From: Phoronis australis
Taxonomy: Eukaryota; Animalia; Phoronida
Reading direction: 5' to 3'
Assembly (NCBI GenBank): GCA_002633005.1
Contig: NMRA01000017.1
Coordinates: 79,125-143,124 of the forward strand
DNA length: 64,000 nucleotides
This document shows, piece after piece, positions 62,079 to 64,000 of the stretch (positions are counted from its first letter, which is position 1; each line of letters begins with the position of its first letter). The translations under genes and the position numbers were made by a program. The notes beneath the pieces were generated by a model that was not told the DNA's origin, ran no database searches, and was given only the letters and a program-made list of their open reading frames with translations.

Positions 62079-63101
62079 ATCATGAATTTAAGGTCAACGT
62101 GTCAGCGTGTCGATGCTCGGGCAGTAAAAAACATTGGCGCAGTGCGATTCTACCGATTCAGTAGATGTCACCCGTTACGAGGTTCGTCTAGACAAAAGAA
62201 CACAGTGTGTGGTCGTGCACAAAGGAATTTGTGGACTAGTTCGAAACGAAGAAAAGGGGGGAAAGGCGGAAGACCGGTCCATGTGCTCGCAGCAAGTGAA
62301 ATACCATTATTCTTGGATCTGATTTCTTATTGTAATGTACAATGCAATGTCACTTTAACCAAAATTATTTTATAAATAATAACATTCGTAATAATAAGCA
62401 CCCATGCCCCTATAAGCAACCCCCCCGCACTCATTTTCAGACTTCGCTAAAATAAGAGTCCAATCCATGAAGGTGTACATATGCGAAAAATGCCTTACCT
62501 ACAGTTCTAAAATTCTACAGTAATGTCTTCAATTTATCAATAATATCCAACAGTCCTGAAAAATCATTGTGCTCGGAATTTCTAGACCACGAGCCTCACC
62601 GCTATGTCGGTATTTAGCTGCGGCTGTACACTTCAAAAAGAACGCAAAAGTTCTGCTGATCTTGCGAGGAACATGTCCCACTATGGCCAGGTCTTTCAGA
62701 ACAGACGCAGCGTACTTGTCAACGGGATTGTATTGTATCTTTCCCGTACAGCTCTTCTCCCTCAACAGGAATGCAGATTACTTTTATACACATAAATTCG
62801 TAAAAACCCCGAAACTTGACTAGTGTTAATGAGCACGTGGCCAAAAAGCTCGCGCTAGGGCCCACATGTATATTGGTATGTGGGCCTGCTACTGACTCTG
62901 GCAAATGAACTCTGATGACACGCACGCGTTCGCTCACTTGGCGCACACCTGCAGACTCTTCAAAACAAACTCCACGTGACAACATGTGTGTTTGTCCAGA
63001 TTTTTTTCTTGTTGCGGGGTGCGATTTAGTCCAGATTTGGACTGCGGTAAATCTCGACTCCACAGGAACTTCAAAATCTTAAGTACGCTATTTGGAAAAC
63101 T
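62079..63101 (+). repeat. diverged copy of the repeat at 59246-60305
   Basis: Colinear similarity over about 1 kb (ATCATGAATTTAAGG ... GCTATTTGGAAAACTT). Confidence 0.85.
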
Positions 63102-63105
63102 TTAA

Positions 63106-63515
63106 GGAGAATGCCACCCAATTTAATTATTTTTTTACCGTCTTAATCGGTCTACATCCACATCATATCGTATATGGTCGATCTCACTTTGCCGAGAGGT
63201 GTCGCGTTAACCTGTGAGGAAGGCGAGAAACGACTCAGCGACGTCAGTGGTTCTTCTGCAGAGTGAGTGCCGCTATGGCGTGGTTTATCATTCCCGCTTG
63301 GGCAAACTATGAAGCTACGAGGAAAACAGGTATATCGTCTTTTCGATTTCCTTGAGAGCACACAATGCTTCGGAAGTGGTTCGCGGTAGTGAAGAATGAA
63401 AAGTACGCCGTAATACCAATTAAGTATGAGGTCGTGAAACTTCTGCGTGTCTGGCCGACATTTCGTCTACAGTGATTTTACTGATGATCAAATGCCGGCT
63501 TACTAAACAGCTCAT
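63106..63515 (+). mobile_element. second, truncated Kolobok copy nested in another repeat
   Basis: Same left end AGGAGAATGCCACCC; THAP remnant from 63275 (FRFP..LRKWF..; after a frameshift GRHF..DF). Confidence 0.75.
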
Positions 63516-64000
63516 GCCAGGGCAGAAAAAGCGACTGAGTAATGAAGTCAAATGTTGTGCCAAGTTTGTTTGGGTTCAGTGGGAAGGTGAAAAACAATGC
63601 GGATCGGTTGTTGCTCAGTTTTTGATTATGGAGAATTGTAGCTGACCATGGAAACATAAACAATTAAATTAATTCAAGGCATGAGAACATAACGTTTTAT
63701 GTAACCTGTTTTTTGACTTACTCGTTCGTCAGGCTTCTGTTTGGACCTCTGGGTGTAGGATGTTTTCACCTGTTCTTTTACCCAGTCTCAAAAACGTCGT
63801 AATCAGACTTCTGTTTAGATCCGGTGCAAAATCAGGATGGTCCGTGAGACGTATCTACGCTTCTGCAAGAAGGCGTTTCACTTGCAGAATTTCGTGGCAG
63901 CAAACGCAAGCGTCTGTTGTTTCCATTATCATGCAGTTAGCACACTGACGCCATGACAAATTATTCAAACAGTTTTCGGAACTATCCAGTGGCGGATCTA

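Noticed and set aside
63987-64000. CAGTGGCGGATCTA, resembling a hAT-type MITE end
   Set aside because: Cut off by the window edge; no partner TIR visible.

Overview
Eukaryotic, AT-rich animal genomic DNA (invertebrate-like), with one 512-N gap and three single-N junctions. It holds two complete, convergent intron-rich genes. SMARCD1/BAF60 (SWI/SNF subunit) is on the + strand: 12 core coding exons, 195-19790, 514 aa. A HECW1/2-type C2-WW-WW-HECT E3 ligase is on the - strand: 27 coding exons, 48568-23552, about 1957 aa, with a probable non-coding first exon near 56.8 kb. All exons were read by hand; they have GT-AG boundaries and consistent phases. The most striking unexplained structure is in the 9.6-kb SMARCD intron 2. 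It holds four frame-preserving phase-1 short exons (21, 18, 30 and 60 nt), each followed by (T)GCATG motifs, that together encode a Lys/Ser-rich then acidic peptide. A candidate alternative last exon ending in a CaaX-like CCRTL* follows them. Other notable features: minisatellites built from splice signals, a Kolobok transposon with THAP and KolX-like remnants, MITEs, and filled and empty versions of a transposon insertion beside the HECW promoter. No searches were run; family assignments come from recalled motifs.
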